Shown here: positions 24,263 through 32,000 of the stretch, piece by piece
Numbering within the stretch: the first letter of the stretch is position 1
Layout: every line of letters begins with the position of its first letter
NCBI RefSeq assembly: GCF_000018465.1
Contig: NC_010085.1
Location: 900,001 to 932,000 of the forward strand
Direction of reading: 5' to 3'
Length of the DNA stretch: 32,000 nucleotides
From: Nitrosopumilus maritimus SCM1
GTDB lineage: Archaea; Thermoproteota; Nitrososphaeria; Nitrososphaerales; Nitrosopumilaceae
Made by a program: the position numbers and the translations under genes
The notes under the pieces: model-generated
What the model was told of the DNA's origin: nothing
Seen by the model: only the letters and a program-made list of their open reading frames with translations
Databases searched by the model: none

Positions 24263-24339
24263 GTTCATCATTTGTTGTAAGTAAAATACAGGAGAGCCGA
24301 CTAGTCTCCCCCGCCCTCAGATCATAAGACCTGACGAAC
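24263..24339 (-). ncRNA. Candidate small structured RNA (G+C-rich, stem-closed 77-nt element); class unknown
   Basis: 5'-GUUCGUCA (24339-24332) pairs with UGAUGAAC-3' (24270-24263). There is an internal GGAGA/UCUCC hairpin and a GACTAGTC palindrome. A TATA-like TTTTATAC at 24366-24359 sits ~24-27 nt upstream, and a T7 run follows at 24225-24219. No ORF. It does not fold as a tRNA cloverleaf. Confidence 0.3.
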
Positions 24340-24386
24340 AATATACATTACAAAATTTGTATAAAAGCACAAAGAAAATTTTGAGC

Positions 24387-25172
24387 CTAAAATCCTAACA
24401 AAACAGAATTTCCAGTTAAAGAATCAAAGAACAATTTTCCTGCGGCAATCAAGATAACTACTGAAACCAAAATTTGGAGAGATCTTTCTTTGATATCAAT
24501 AGATAGTCTTGCTCCGACTAGTCCACCAATAAAAGAACCAATTGCAAGTAGGCCAGATTGAAGAAAATCAGGATGGCCCAACAAGCTATGAACAATTACT
24601 CCTGATGATGAAGCAAATAGTAGTATCATTTGAGAAGTGGGGGCAGCTTTTTTCATTGTCATACCCATACCAACTACCATCAATGGAACAAACACGATTC
24701 CTCCACCTATTCCAAAGAAAGAAGATATGATTCCTGCAAAGAAACTAGCACCTATTGCAAAAATCATCATTTGTAAAGAAATTTTCTTTTCTTTTGATTC
24801 GATTTTCTTTCTCAAGAAGATATAAGCAGCAGACGCAATTAATACAAATCCAAACAGTGCCTTGAAAATATCAGAACCTACATCACTAGAAACAATTGCA
24901 CCTAATATGGTTCCAGGAACAGATAACAATCCGAGCTTCAATCCTAAAGAATATTCAATTCGTTTTTGTTTAGAATAAGACATAGTTGATGCAACAGCAT
25001 TACTAAGAGCTGCAAAAAGACTATTACTTGCAGCAGCAGTTGGAGGGAATCCTAGAAAAGTCAAAACAGGAACAACAATAACACCTCCACCCAATCCAAT
25101 CATAGAACCCAACACACCTGCCGCAAATCCTAATGGAATAAGCCATAGTTGATCAATCATATCAATCGCCAA
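24387..25172 (-). CDS. TauE/SafE-family (DUF81) anion/sulfite exporter-like membrane protein
   Basis: About 8 hydrophobic helices with the duplicated family motifs IGLGGGVIVVPVLTF and FGIGGGIVFVPLMVV. Confidence 0.8.
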   Translation of the reverse strand: MAIDMIDQLWLIPLGFAAGVLGSMIGLGGGVIVVPVLTFLGFPPTAAASNSLFAALSNAVASTMSYSKQKRIEYSLGLKLGLLSVPGTILGAIVSSDVGSDIFKALFGFVLIASAAYIFLRKKIESKEKKISLQMMIFAIGASFFAGIISSFFGIGGGIVFVPLMVVGMGMTMKKAAPTSQMILLFASSSGVIVHSLLGHPDFLQSGLLAIGSFIGGLVGARLSIDIKERSLQILVSVVILIAAGKLFFDSLTGNSVLLGF

Positions 25173-25195
25173 TCAAATAATTTTGTTGTATATAA

Positions 25196-25837
25196 TTAGA
25201 GGTGCTTTGTAATGATTAATGTCTGCAATACAGAATCATCTTTTGTAGTAATCTCTAAGAGAATTTCAGTGTCGGCCAAATTATCAATTTTTGATTTGAT
25301 GTTACGCTTGTCGGAGTCATAATAGAAAGTATGAACAGCGTCTAACCATTCAGGAATGGATTCAAACTCAGTAGATTCTTCTTCCCAGCAATCACAAACA
25401 AGCGTTTGGATCACAGTCTCAAATATTGCATACGTCATTTCTTTATCAGATTCCAAAGTATTGGTTTCAAGATTGGCAATTGCCATAATCGGGGATGCAG
25501 TACTTCCACCAACGTTGATATTTCCGATAGTATCACCATTAGAATTTAAGACAGCAGTAGTGGTACAATATTCTACATTTTTTGGAAGTCCTTTTTCAAA
25601 AAATGTACAGTATTGACTAATAGTATGATCAGTTATTGCAGTTGGAGATGAAACAAAAATGTCATGTTCTTTTAGAGATGTTTGGATATCTTCAATATCA
25701 TAATAAGTAAAACCAGAATTATAAATTGGAGTGGTAAGTGATTCAGTAGATTCTTCAGGAATTAACATTGCATATGATGCAACAGCTGCAATTCCAAGAA
25801 TAATTGGAATAATAATTAATTTATTCACAAACAACAA
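25196..25837 (-). CDS. Hypothetical N-terminally anchored/secreted protein (213 aa, 4 Cys)
   Basis: N-terminal hydrophobic helix LIIIPIILGIAAVASYAML followed by IPEES at residues 26-30. No motif recognised in the ectodomain. Confidence 0.55.
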   Translation of the reverse strand: MLFVNKLIIIPIILGIAAVASYAMLIPEESTESLTTPIYNSGFTYYDIEDIQTSLKEHDIFVSSPTAITDHTISQYCTFFEKGLPKNVEYCTTTAVLNSNGDTIGNINVGGSTASPIMAIANLETNTLESDKEMTYAIFETVIQTLVCDCWEEESTEFESIPEWLDAVHTFYYDSDKRNIKSKIDNLADTEILLEITTKDDSVLQTLIITKHL

Positions 25838-25868
25838 ATCTGTTATGCAAAGATAAGGTTTTGCAATT

Positions 25869-26360
25869 CTAAATTGAAATTATTGTTAGAACAGAATCTT
25901 TTGTGATGTTGTTTTGTTCAATAAAGCCAGCAGTCACCTCAAGAACATACAATGCTTCATTTTCAGGTACCACACTTTGACATGTAGCAATTTCTAGAGC
26001 GGCTTTGCATGGAGGTACATCTTGTTCCATGTGGACCATTTTTCCATTTTCATCAAACCACATCATATCAAGTGAAAATTGCATATTAAGCATCCATAAA
26101 GAATACAATCCAGATTCATCAAAGACAAAGATCATGCCTTGATCATAGGGTAATTGATCTTGAAACATCAAACCACGTACTCTTCGAGGCTCATTATCTG
26201 CTATCTGTACTTCAAGCGGGACATCATCAACTTTGATCGTACCCCTAGGAAATTCAACTGATTCCAACTTACTTTCTTCAGGAATAGACATCAAGCCTAC
26301 AACCCCAATAATAACAGCAGCAATAGATATGGGGATTAGTGCCTGAGCCCTAGTAGTCAT
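25869..26360 (-). CDS. DUF192-family protein with N-terminal membrane anchor
   Basis: RVRGLMFQDQLPYDQGMIFVFDESG..SLWMLNMQFSLDMMWFDENGKMVHM matches the DUF192 pattern (GLM.r..l....GMlF.f.......fWMkNt..pLDi.f.d..g.iv). The anchor helix is followed by IPEES at residues 26-30. Confidence 0.7.
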   Translation of the reverse strand: MTTRAQALIPISIAAVIIGVVGLMSIPEESKLESVEFPRGTIKVDDVPLEVQIADNEPRRVRGLMFQDQLPYDQGMIFVFDESGLYSLWMLNMQFSLDMMWFDENGKMVHMEQDVPPCKAALEIATCQSVVPENEALYVLEVTAGFIEQNNITKDSVLTIISI

Positions 26361-26445
26361 GTTTTGAATTGAGTACGGCTTTTAAAATACGTTAATTATT
26401 TTTGAAGTCGAGGACATTTATACAAATAATTAGAAATTACAATAA

Positions 26446-27189
26446 TTGTCTGAAGATAAAGTATTACCAAAAGATAGTGATTCAGATTACAGCTTACCGG
26501 GTCGTTATGAAGAAAGTAATTTTACATATGAACAACCAGCTATATCTTACGAAAACACACCAAGATCTAAAAGTAAAGGTCTTGCAATAGGAGTAATAGC
26601 TTTTGCAATCATATCAACAGGGTTTTTTTCATATTATTTTTTAAACCAAAATGAAATTGATTCACAAATTGTACAAAATACATTGAACATTAGTCCTGAA
26701 CAAATTTTGGCAAATCAATACAATGTTGGAAAGTATGGTAGTGATCATGCACATGCTGCAATACTTGTAGTATTAGATGGAGAACAATTGAATTTTGGAT
26801 TACCACAATTTCAATTAGCCAGCAAATACATTCATTTTGAAGATCATAATCCATATTTGATTCATAAACATGCAACAGGAGTACCATTAGAAATGCTATT
26901 TGTATCAATTGGATTAAAAATAACACAAGAGTGTATTTTTATCGAATATGATTTTTCCAATAAAGTTAATGAGTTTTGTGCAGATGAAAAGAAAATAGTT
27001 CATGTTTATCTTAACGGAGAAAAATTCTCATCAGACATATCACAGTATGAAATTCAACATAATGACAGAATACTAATTACATTAGATGAAACATCGATTT
27101 CAAAACACTTGAAGTATTTAGATTCATTTGAGATATTTGATGTGCCAAAAAAACCACTAGTTAATTCAGATAAAGATATTCTCATCTAA
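26446..27189 (+). CDS. Hypothetical membrane-anchored protein with a His-rich motif (TTG start; no in-frame ATG before the TM helix)
   Basis: TM helix GLAIGVIAFAIISTGFFSYYF. The ectodomain carries GSDHAHAAILVVLDGEQLNFG...YIHFEDHNPYLIHKHATG...VHVYLNGEKF...NDRILITLDE. Confidence 0.55.
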   Translation: MSEDKVLPKDSDSDYSLPGRYEESNFTYEQPAISYENTPRSKSKGLAIGVIAFAIISTGFFSYYFLNQNEIDSQIVQNTLNISPEQILANQYNVGKYGSDHAHAAILVVLDGEQLNFGLPQFQLASKYIHFEDHNPYLIHKHATGVPLEMLFVSIGLKITQECIFIEYDFSNKVNEFCADEKKIVHVYLNGEKFSSDISQYEIQHNDRILITLDETSISKHLKYLDSFEIFDVPKKPLVNSDKDILI

Positions 27190-27197
27190 GAAAACAT

Positions 27198-27554
27198 CTA
27201 GTGATTCATTACAGATGTTTTAAAATCACTAATTGATGTAATGGTGTTTTTTGTTTGATGTCCAATATCGTGAATTGTGGCACTGTTGTATTTCTTCTCC
27301 AAATATCTACCTGCAACTATCATAGGGCCACCGACTGCACAAGTCACACCAGTAGGTTCTGGAATCCACAACATCAAAAAGCCTATTTTTTGGAGTTTTT
27401 TGCCAGGAGCAGGAGCTTTCTGAAGGGCACCTAATGAACGAGCAGTACGACTATCATCCATTTTTGCAACATCAGAGTACAAATTTGCTCTTCGTTTTGC
27501 TGATTCGGAGATTTTTCTTATTTTTTCTAGTCGTTCTTTTAGAGGATCTGCCAT
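27198..27554 (-). CDS. Hypothetical protein (118 aa) with one hydrophobic segment
   Basis: Basic helical N-terminus, then IGFLMLWIPEPTGVTCAVGGPMIVAG. No motif recognised. Confidence 0.45.
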   Translation of the reverse strand: MADPLKERLEKIRKISESAKRRANLYSDVAKMDDSRTARSLGALQKAPAPGKKLQKIGFLMLWIPEPTGVTCAVGGPMIVAGRYLEKKYNSATIHDIGHQTKNTITSISDFKTSVMNH

Positions 27555-27603
27555 TCTTATATCAAATATTGGAAAAATTAGTTAAGATTCAAAGATCAAC
27601 AAC

Positions 27604-27632
27604 GGTTACTTCTGAGTCAACAAAGAGTAACC
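27604..27632. promoter_or_regulatory. Inverted repeat GGTTACT-N15-AGTAACC in the divergent promoter region upstream of the DtxR-family gene
   Basis: Read directly from the sequence. The half-site content (GGTTA.../...TAACC) is reminiscent of DtxR/IdeR-type boxes, but the spacing is atypical. Confidence 0.25.
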
Positions 27633-27690
27633 AAAAATCTCTGAAAAAGACACTCAATTATAGTAGATAAAATTTAGATACAAAGATTAC

Positions 27691-28155
27691 ATGAAGACCA
27701 AAAATTCCAAAAGACTAGATTCCATAAAAGCAGCACATCAATCAGAAAGAGCTCGCTCTAGTACTAGAATGGAGGATTATTTGGAAATTATTTCAGAATT
27801 AGTTGAATTAAAGGGATATGCAACTACTTTAGATATTTCAAGATACATGAATGTAAGCGCACCCAGCGTTACCAAAATGTTACAAAGATTAGATGAAGGA
27901 GGATATCTAGAATATGAAAAATATCATGGAATCAATTTAACAAAAAAAGGAATAGAAGTTGCAGATGGAATAAGACAGAAGCATGGAATATTGTTAGAAT
28001 TTTTTGAGATTTTAGGTATTGGATATGATACTGCAAATCAAGACACAGAAGGAATTGAACATCATCTAAATCCAAAGACAATAAAACAATTAAGAAAATT
28101 CATTACATTTTTAAAAGCAAATCCAAAGATTATTGAAAATTTCAAAAATCTTTGA
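27691..28155 (+). CDS. DtxR/MntR-family metal-dependent transcriptional regulator (no SH3-like C-domain)
   Basis: MEDYLEIISEL....GYATTLDISRYMNVSAPSVTKMLQRLDEGGYLEYEKYHGINLTKKG (wHTH), followed by the dimerisation/metal-site region RQKHGILLEFFEILGI...DTEGIEHHL. Confidence 0.85.
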   Translation: MKTKNSKRLDSIKAAHQSERARSSTRMEDYLEIISELVELKGYATTLDISRYMNVSAPSVTKMLQRLDEGGYLEYEKYHGINLTKKGIEVADGIRQKHGILLEFFEILGIGYDTANQDTEGIEHHLNPKTIKQLRKFITFLKANPKIIENFKNL

Positions 28156-29959
28156 GAAATAATTGAATATCGTTTTGGGATGAAGCTAGTTTCATCAAGG
28201 TCCTTGCAACATCAGAGCGTTTTGGAATTTTGATTTGTCCCTTTTTACCAATCCTAGTTGATGTAATGTATTCATCACGAACATAAACGTCTGCATGCAT
28301 TGAAGTGTACTCTTTACTAACAGTGAGGATTAGAGCTGTTTTTGATTCTGAAAAAGTAAAAGGCAAATCGTTGGAGTCTAAATTATAGTGTTCAGAGTCT
28401 TTTTGAACCACATCAACATGTACTTGAAGGGATTTTTCGATTTCATTAATGTTAGAACCTCCTCTACCAATGATTGATGGTATGTATTGTTCATCAACCA
28501 TCACCTTAACTCTGTTATCAGATAGAATCTCAACTTGTGCTCTAGGATCATACTTTTTGAATGTCTCACGAATTTTCTCTTCAGCTAGTTTTTCAATTCC
28601 TACTTTGGTTTTTTTCCCTACAGGAACTATCACATTTTCCTCTCCAAATGTATAGATTTCATGCTCCAACGTATTATCAGCAAAATCACGAATTTCAATA
28701 ACAGGTCTAGCAAGATCAGACTCAGTCATTCCAGAAGGTACCTTTACCTTTAATTCTAAATCATAGACTTTTTTGATTTGTCCATCTTTAACAAACACGA
28801 CAGTATCCAAAACATTTGGAATAATTCCAAGCTCAATCTTTCCAATGAATCTTTGAATTGCATCTAAAGGAGAATTTGCATGAACTACTCCCACCATCCC
28901 AACTCCAGTCAATCTCAAATCAGCAAAGGTTCTGAAATCTTCGCGTCTCCTTACCTCATCAAAGACAGTATAATCTGGACGAACTAAGAGCAAGATATCA
29001 GCAGTATTATCAAAACTCCCATCAAGCTTACTGTATTGAGTAATACCAGGATCAACTTGCAAGTCACGAGGAGATTCGAATGTTTTTACAATCTTTCCCT
29101 TGTTATGATAAAAATTTGCTAGTCCTGAAGCCAAAGTACTTTTTCCAGAACCAGGAGCACCTGAAATTACAATTCCTTCTGCCCTATCAGAGAATCGCTC
29201 CATTAGTTTTTCAGAGATATCATAATCTTCAAGAGACATTTGGATTATTGGATGAACTATTGTTATCTCAAAAGATTCAGAGAATGGAGGATGAGTAATT
29301 GCGATTCGATAGTCTTCATGCTGTACTACTGAAGCACCTGTTTTTGATATTTCAATAGTGCCAGAATCATTTGCATTTGCAATATCTAGAATTTGAGAAG
29401 AAATCATTTCCAGATACTCTCGTGAAAGAATATCATCGCTGATTTTTGTAAGTAAAAAGGCACCAGGTTTACCGCGTTTAGCAAGTGGATGTTGGTTTTC
29501 TTTTAGATGGACACTCATTGTTTCAGCATCAAAAAACTTTAGAAATTCCAAAGTTTCTTTAGGGATCTCTGTTTTCAAAAATACAGTTTGAATTCCTTCT
29601 GCTTGTGCAACTAAATGCTGAACATGATCAGATGTGTAAAGGGTAGCATTGTTTTGTTTTGCCATATCCGCAATTAAAGCATCAATTCTTCCACCTCCGG
29701 CAAGTTTAATTTCATCAGAAGACAGATGGGTGCCTTTTTGGATTACTTCTAAACCAAAACTGCCAGAAAGATCTTTTAGTTTACGAATTTTTTCTAACCC
29801 CACAAATCCCTGCTCTTTTTTATTTGATGCTTGTGATTGTAATTCGTCTAATACTGCTTGAGGAATGATGATTTGGGAGTTTTTAACAGATCCTTTTTCT
29901 ATTTGAGATATTAATTGACCATTAATTATAACACTGGTATCAACTACAATTTTTGACAT
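28142..29959 (-). CDS. PIN domain, PilT-like ATPase and KH domain protein (conserved archaeal family, function unknown)
   Basis: The N-terminus IVVDTSVIING...YTSD is PIN-like. Walker A is ISGAPGSGKST and Walker B-like is DYTVFDEVR. The C-terminal KH GxxG is IIGRGGSNINEIEKSL. Its 3' end overlaps the DtxR-family gene by 14 nt (convergent). Confidence 0.8.
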   Translation of the reverse strand: MSKIVVDTSVIINGQLISQIEKGSVKNSQIIIPQAVLDELQSQASNKKEQGFVGLEKIRKLKDLSGSFGLEVIQKGTHLSSDEIKLAGGGRIDALIADMAKQNNATLYTSDHVQHLVAQAEGIQTVFLKTEIPKETLEFLKFFDAETMSVHLKENQHPLAKRGKPGAFLLTKISDDILSREYLEMISSQILDIANANDSGTIEISKTGASVVQHEDYRIAITHPPFSESFEITIVHPIIQMSLEDYDISEKLMERFSDRAEGIVISGAPGSGKSTLASGLANFYHNKGKIVKTFESPRDLQVDPGITQYSKLDGSFDNTADILLLVRPDYTVFDEVRRREDFRTFADLRLTGVGMVGVVHANSPLDAIQRFIGKIELGIIPNVLDTVVFVKDGQIKKVYDLELKVKVPSGMTESDLARPVIEIRDFADNTLEHEIYTFGEENVIVPVGKKTKVGIEKLAEEKIRETFKKYDPRAQVEILSDNRVKVMVDEQYIPSIIGRGGSNINEIEKSLQVHVDVVQKDSEHYNLDSNDLPFTFSESKTALILTVSKEYTSMHADVYVRDEYITSTRIGKKGQIKIPKRSDVARTLMKLASSQNDIQLFLKDF

Positions 29960-30184
29960 ATTACAGATTATCGTTAAGGCGTATACTAATTATCGTTTCC
30001 TGAAAATATTACAAGGAGATTTTTGAGGGCTTAAATCAAAATGTTTTTCATTGGCAAAAAATGTCATTTTCATGTATCGTAGCAAATCATCATATTCAAG
30101 AAATCATGCTGCTTAAAGAAAATAAGCTCCAAGAACTAAAATCACTCACTCTGTTCAAAAAATGCTAATTTGACAAAATACAGT

Positions 30185-30322
30185 ATGAGCATACATGAAA
30201 AAAACAAAGAATTTTACAAAAACTGTACACAATATTTTGAATTCTTGCGTAAAATTGGAAGAACAGACTATGAGTTTGAAGATGAGTACTATTTTACCAT
30301 GCCTGCAATATCTAACAGTTAG
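30185..30322 (+). CDS. Possible small protein (45 aa) upstream of tldD; weak call
   Basis: Hand translation gives MSIHEKNKEFYKNCTQYFEFLRKIGRTDYEFEDEYYFTMPAISNS. It is the only ORF over 20 codons in the 403-bp gap. The 40 nt between its stop and the tldD ATG lack any AT-rich TATA-like element, suggesting co-transcription. Confidence 0.3.
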   Translation: MSIHEKNKEFYKNCTQYFEFLRKIGRTDYEFEDEYYFTMPAISNS

Positions 30323-30362
30323 AGACCAGAAGACTTAGGAATACCTCCAAGTTCCATAGCAT

Positions 30363-31784
30363 ATGGATACCCAACTAGAAGAATTTGCAGATTATGCCAT
30401 AAAATATGCAGATGATGCAAAAGTGCAGTATTGTGACATAAGATCTGAAGAACAAGAAAGAGTATCAATACTAATTGAAAATGGAGAAACAGAACACGTT
30501 AGAACAATTAATGATTCAGGAATTGGAATAAGATTAGTAAAAGATGGGACATGGAGTTTTTGTTCAATTACAAATCCAGAATCAAAAGAGCAAGTAAGAA
30601 AAGCAATTGACAGTTCCATTAAAAATTCAATGCATTATGCAAAAAACAAAAAAGAATCATTTTCACTTTATCCAAATAAAAGCATTCAAAAAAAGATAGA
30701 CTACCATACAGAACAAAAACCAAACTTAGAGGAATTAATCAAAATAGGCACAATATGTAACAAAATCATTTCAGATACTCCAAAAATTATCAAATCAATA
30801 GTAAATCCATGGTATACAAATAACTCAAAATATTTTGCAAACAGTGAAGGCTCAAAAATTTCACAGAATTTTTCAGATGTTGTAATTGATATGGTTGCTA
30901 TTGCACACGAATCAGGATTAACTCAATCAGTAAACATAACAGAAGGTGGTAGAGGTGGCATAGAACAAATTACTAAAGGAGACAAAGCACAAAACAGCGC
31001 ACAAGAGATTGCAAAAAAGGCATCGAAATTATTATCAGCAAAACCTGCAAAAGAAGAAAAAGCCACCGTGGTTATGAATCCAGATTTTGTTTCATTACTC
31101 ACACACGAAATATTGGGTCACCCATCAGAGGCAGACAGAGTTTTAGGAAAAGAGATGGCATGGGCAGGAGGAGCATGGTGGAAAGGAAAAATTGGAGAAA
31201 AAATTGGTTCTGAGCATCTAAATGTCTTTGATGATCCTACAATTGAAGAGAGTTTAGGATGGTATCTTTTTGATGATGAGGGAGTTCAAACAAAAAAGAC
31301 AACTCTAGTAGAAGAAGGAGTTTTGAAGAATCATATGCAAAATAGAGAGACAGGGAAAATTTTCAATGAAGAACCCACTGGAAATATGAGGGCAACAAAC
31401 TATCGATTCATGCCATTGATTCGAATGGCATGCACATGTATTGAAAATGGAGACTGGGATGTAGATGAAATGATTAAAGAAGTAAAAAACGGATATTTGA
31501 TTTCAAACATGAAGATTCCATCAATTGATATGAAGAGATACAATTGGAGCATATCTTGTCAATATGCACAAAAAATTGAGAATGGAGAAGTGACTGACTT
31601 GCTTAGAGATGTCATTGTTATGGGAACTGCGCCAGAATTTTTCCAATCAATTGACGCATGTGGAAATGACTTTACAGTAAGACCAATTACAAATTGTGGA
31701 AAAGGAGATCCGATGCAGTCAATGATCATGGGAAATGGAGGACCTTCTATTAGAGGGGTTGCAACAGTAAAGAGTGTGAACTAG
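30363..31784 (+). CDS. tldD: TldD/PmbA-family metalloprotease (TldD-type)
   Basis: HExxxH metal site in LLTHEILGHPSEADR, family-typical length, and the C-terminal GxC...GNGGPS region. Confidence 0.88.
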   Translation: MDTQLEEFADYAIKYADDAKVQYCDIRSEEQERVSILIENGETEHVRTINDSGIGIRLVKDGTWSFCSITNPESKEQVRKAIDSSIKNSMHYAKNKKESFSLYPNKSIQKKIDYHTEQKPNLEELIKIGTICNKIISDTPKIIKSIVNPWYTNNSKYFANSEGSKISQNFSDVVIDMVAIAHESGLTQSVNITEGGRGGIEQITKGDKAQNSAQEIAKKASKLLSAKPAKEEKATVVMNPDFVSLLTHEILGHPSEADRVLGKEMAWAGGAWWKGKIGEKIGSEHLNVFDDPTIEESLGWYLFDDEGVQTKKTTLVEEGVLKNHMQNRETGKIFNEEPTGNMRATNYRFMPLIRMACTCIENGDWDVDEMIKEVKNGYLISNMKIPSIDMKRYNWSISCQYAQKIENGEVTDLLRDVIVMGTAPEFFQSIDACGNDFTVRPITNCGKGDPMQSMIMGNGGPSIRGVATVKSVN

Positions 31785-32000
31785 ATGAACCAGTTAGAGA
31801 CAATAAAACAGAATGTGATTAAATGTACAAAATGTGATTTGTATAAAACAAGAACAAATTCAGTTCCAGGTAAAGGTAATTTTCAATCAGACGTGATATT
31901 TGTTGGGGAGGCACCTGGAAGAAACGAGGATAAGAATGGAGAGCCATTTGTAGGTGCAGCAGGAAAGAAACTTTCTGCAGCATTAGAAGGGGCAGGAGTT
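31785..32000 (+). CDS. udg: Uracil-DNA glycosylase, family 4 (3'-truncated by the window edge)
   Basis: Hand translation gives MNQLETIKQNVIKCTKCDLYKTRTNSVPGKGNFQSDVIFVGEAPGRNEDKNGEPFVGAAGKKLSAALEGAGV. It contains the family-4 signatures C..C.L...R, GEAPG..ED and G.PFVG.AG. The ATG directly abuts the tldD stop. Confidence 0.85.
   Translation, partial: MNQLETIKQNVIKCTKCDLYKTRTNSVPGKGNFQSDVIFVGEAPGRNEDKNGEPFVGAAGKKLSAALEGAGV

Noticed and set aside
24263-24339. tRNA or C/D-box sRNA interpretation of the G+C-rich 77-nt element
   Set aside because: The length and terminal stem resemble a tRNA, but no cloverleaf fits. The only strong internal hairpin has a 9-nt loop, there is no T-loop-like sequence, and 20 AT-rich nt separate it from the 3' stem strand. 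AUGAUGA (C-like) and CUGA (D-like) strings exist on the minus strand, but in the wrong order and spacing for a C/D guide RNA, and the AUGAUGA is consumed by Watson-Crick pairing in the terminal stem. It is kept only as an unclassified ncRNA candidate.
772-28155. Convergent gene overlaps and abutments (772-777, 7228/7229, 28142-28155) as possible signs of mis-annotation or antisense regulation
   Set aside because: Overlaps of 0-14 nt at 3' ends are normal in compact archaeal genomes, and all the partner genes are independently supported.
29967-29997. 9-bp direct repeat ATTATCGTT (29967-29975 and 29989-29997) upstream of the PIN-ATPase-KH gene
   Set aside because: It overlaps the expected TATA and initiator region of a probably leaderless gene. 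A single pair of AT-rich 9-mers could be chance. It is noted but not promoted to a finding.
1-32000. Search for mobile elements, integrases, CRISPR arrays, toxin-antitoxin or defence-island signatures and compositional islands
   Set aside because: I saw no transposase, integrase or Cas-like ORFs, no terminal inverted repeats, and no spacer-repeat arrays. Composition looks uniform by eye. The PIN domain present here is part of the conserved PIN-ATPase-KH housekeeping-type protein, not a VapC toxin.

Overview
AT-rich (about one-third G+C by eye), densely packed archaeal chromosome segment. The gene content fits an ammonia-oxidising thaumarchaeon (Nitrosopumilus-like): EF-1alpha, uS10 and a likely RpoP; bifunctional FBP aldolase/phosphatase; ATP-dependent DNA ligase; tRNA-splicing endonuclease; a 3-hydroxybutyryl-CoA dehydrogenase of the HP/HB-cycle type; and secreted cupredoxin/FN3/NHL surface proteins. 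I found no rRNA, canonical tRNA, CRISPR array, transposase or integrase, so this looks like core genome, not an island. All family calls come from motif recognition by eye; no homology search was run. Most worth a second look: (1) a catalytic-SDR plus pseudo-SDR fusion coupled to a hotdog protein with a degenerate hydratase motif (17.1-19.3 kb), a speculative candidate for an unassigned CoA-ester reductase step; (2) two ORFs 2 nt apart joined by a perfect -1 slippery heptamer A_AAG_GGG abutting the stop codon (16.76 kb); (3) an amicyanin-like cupredoxin domain whose axial Met is Ala, in a protein with three near-identical 294-bp FN3 repeats; (4) a family of small zinc-finger proteins with canonical eukaryote-style C2H2 spacing, one of them missing from the ORF track; (5) an intact stand-alone receiver coupled to a Cache-HAMP-PAS sensor with no kinase core; (6) a G+C-rich 77-nt stem-closed intergenic element with its own TATA-like box, a candidate ncRNA; (7) an unnamed tandem 50-aa WFDDNY module at the C-terminus of a 916-aa NHL/FN3 surface protein.
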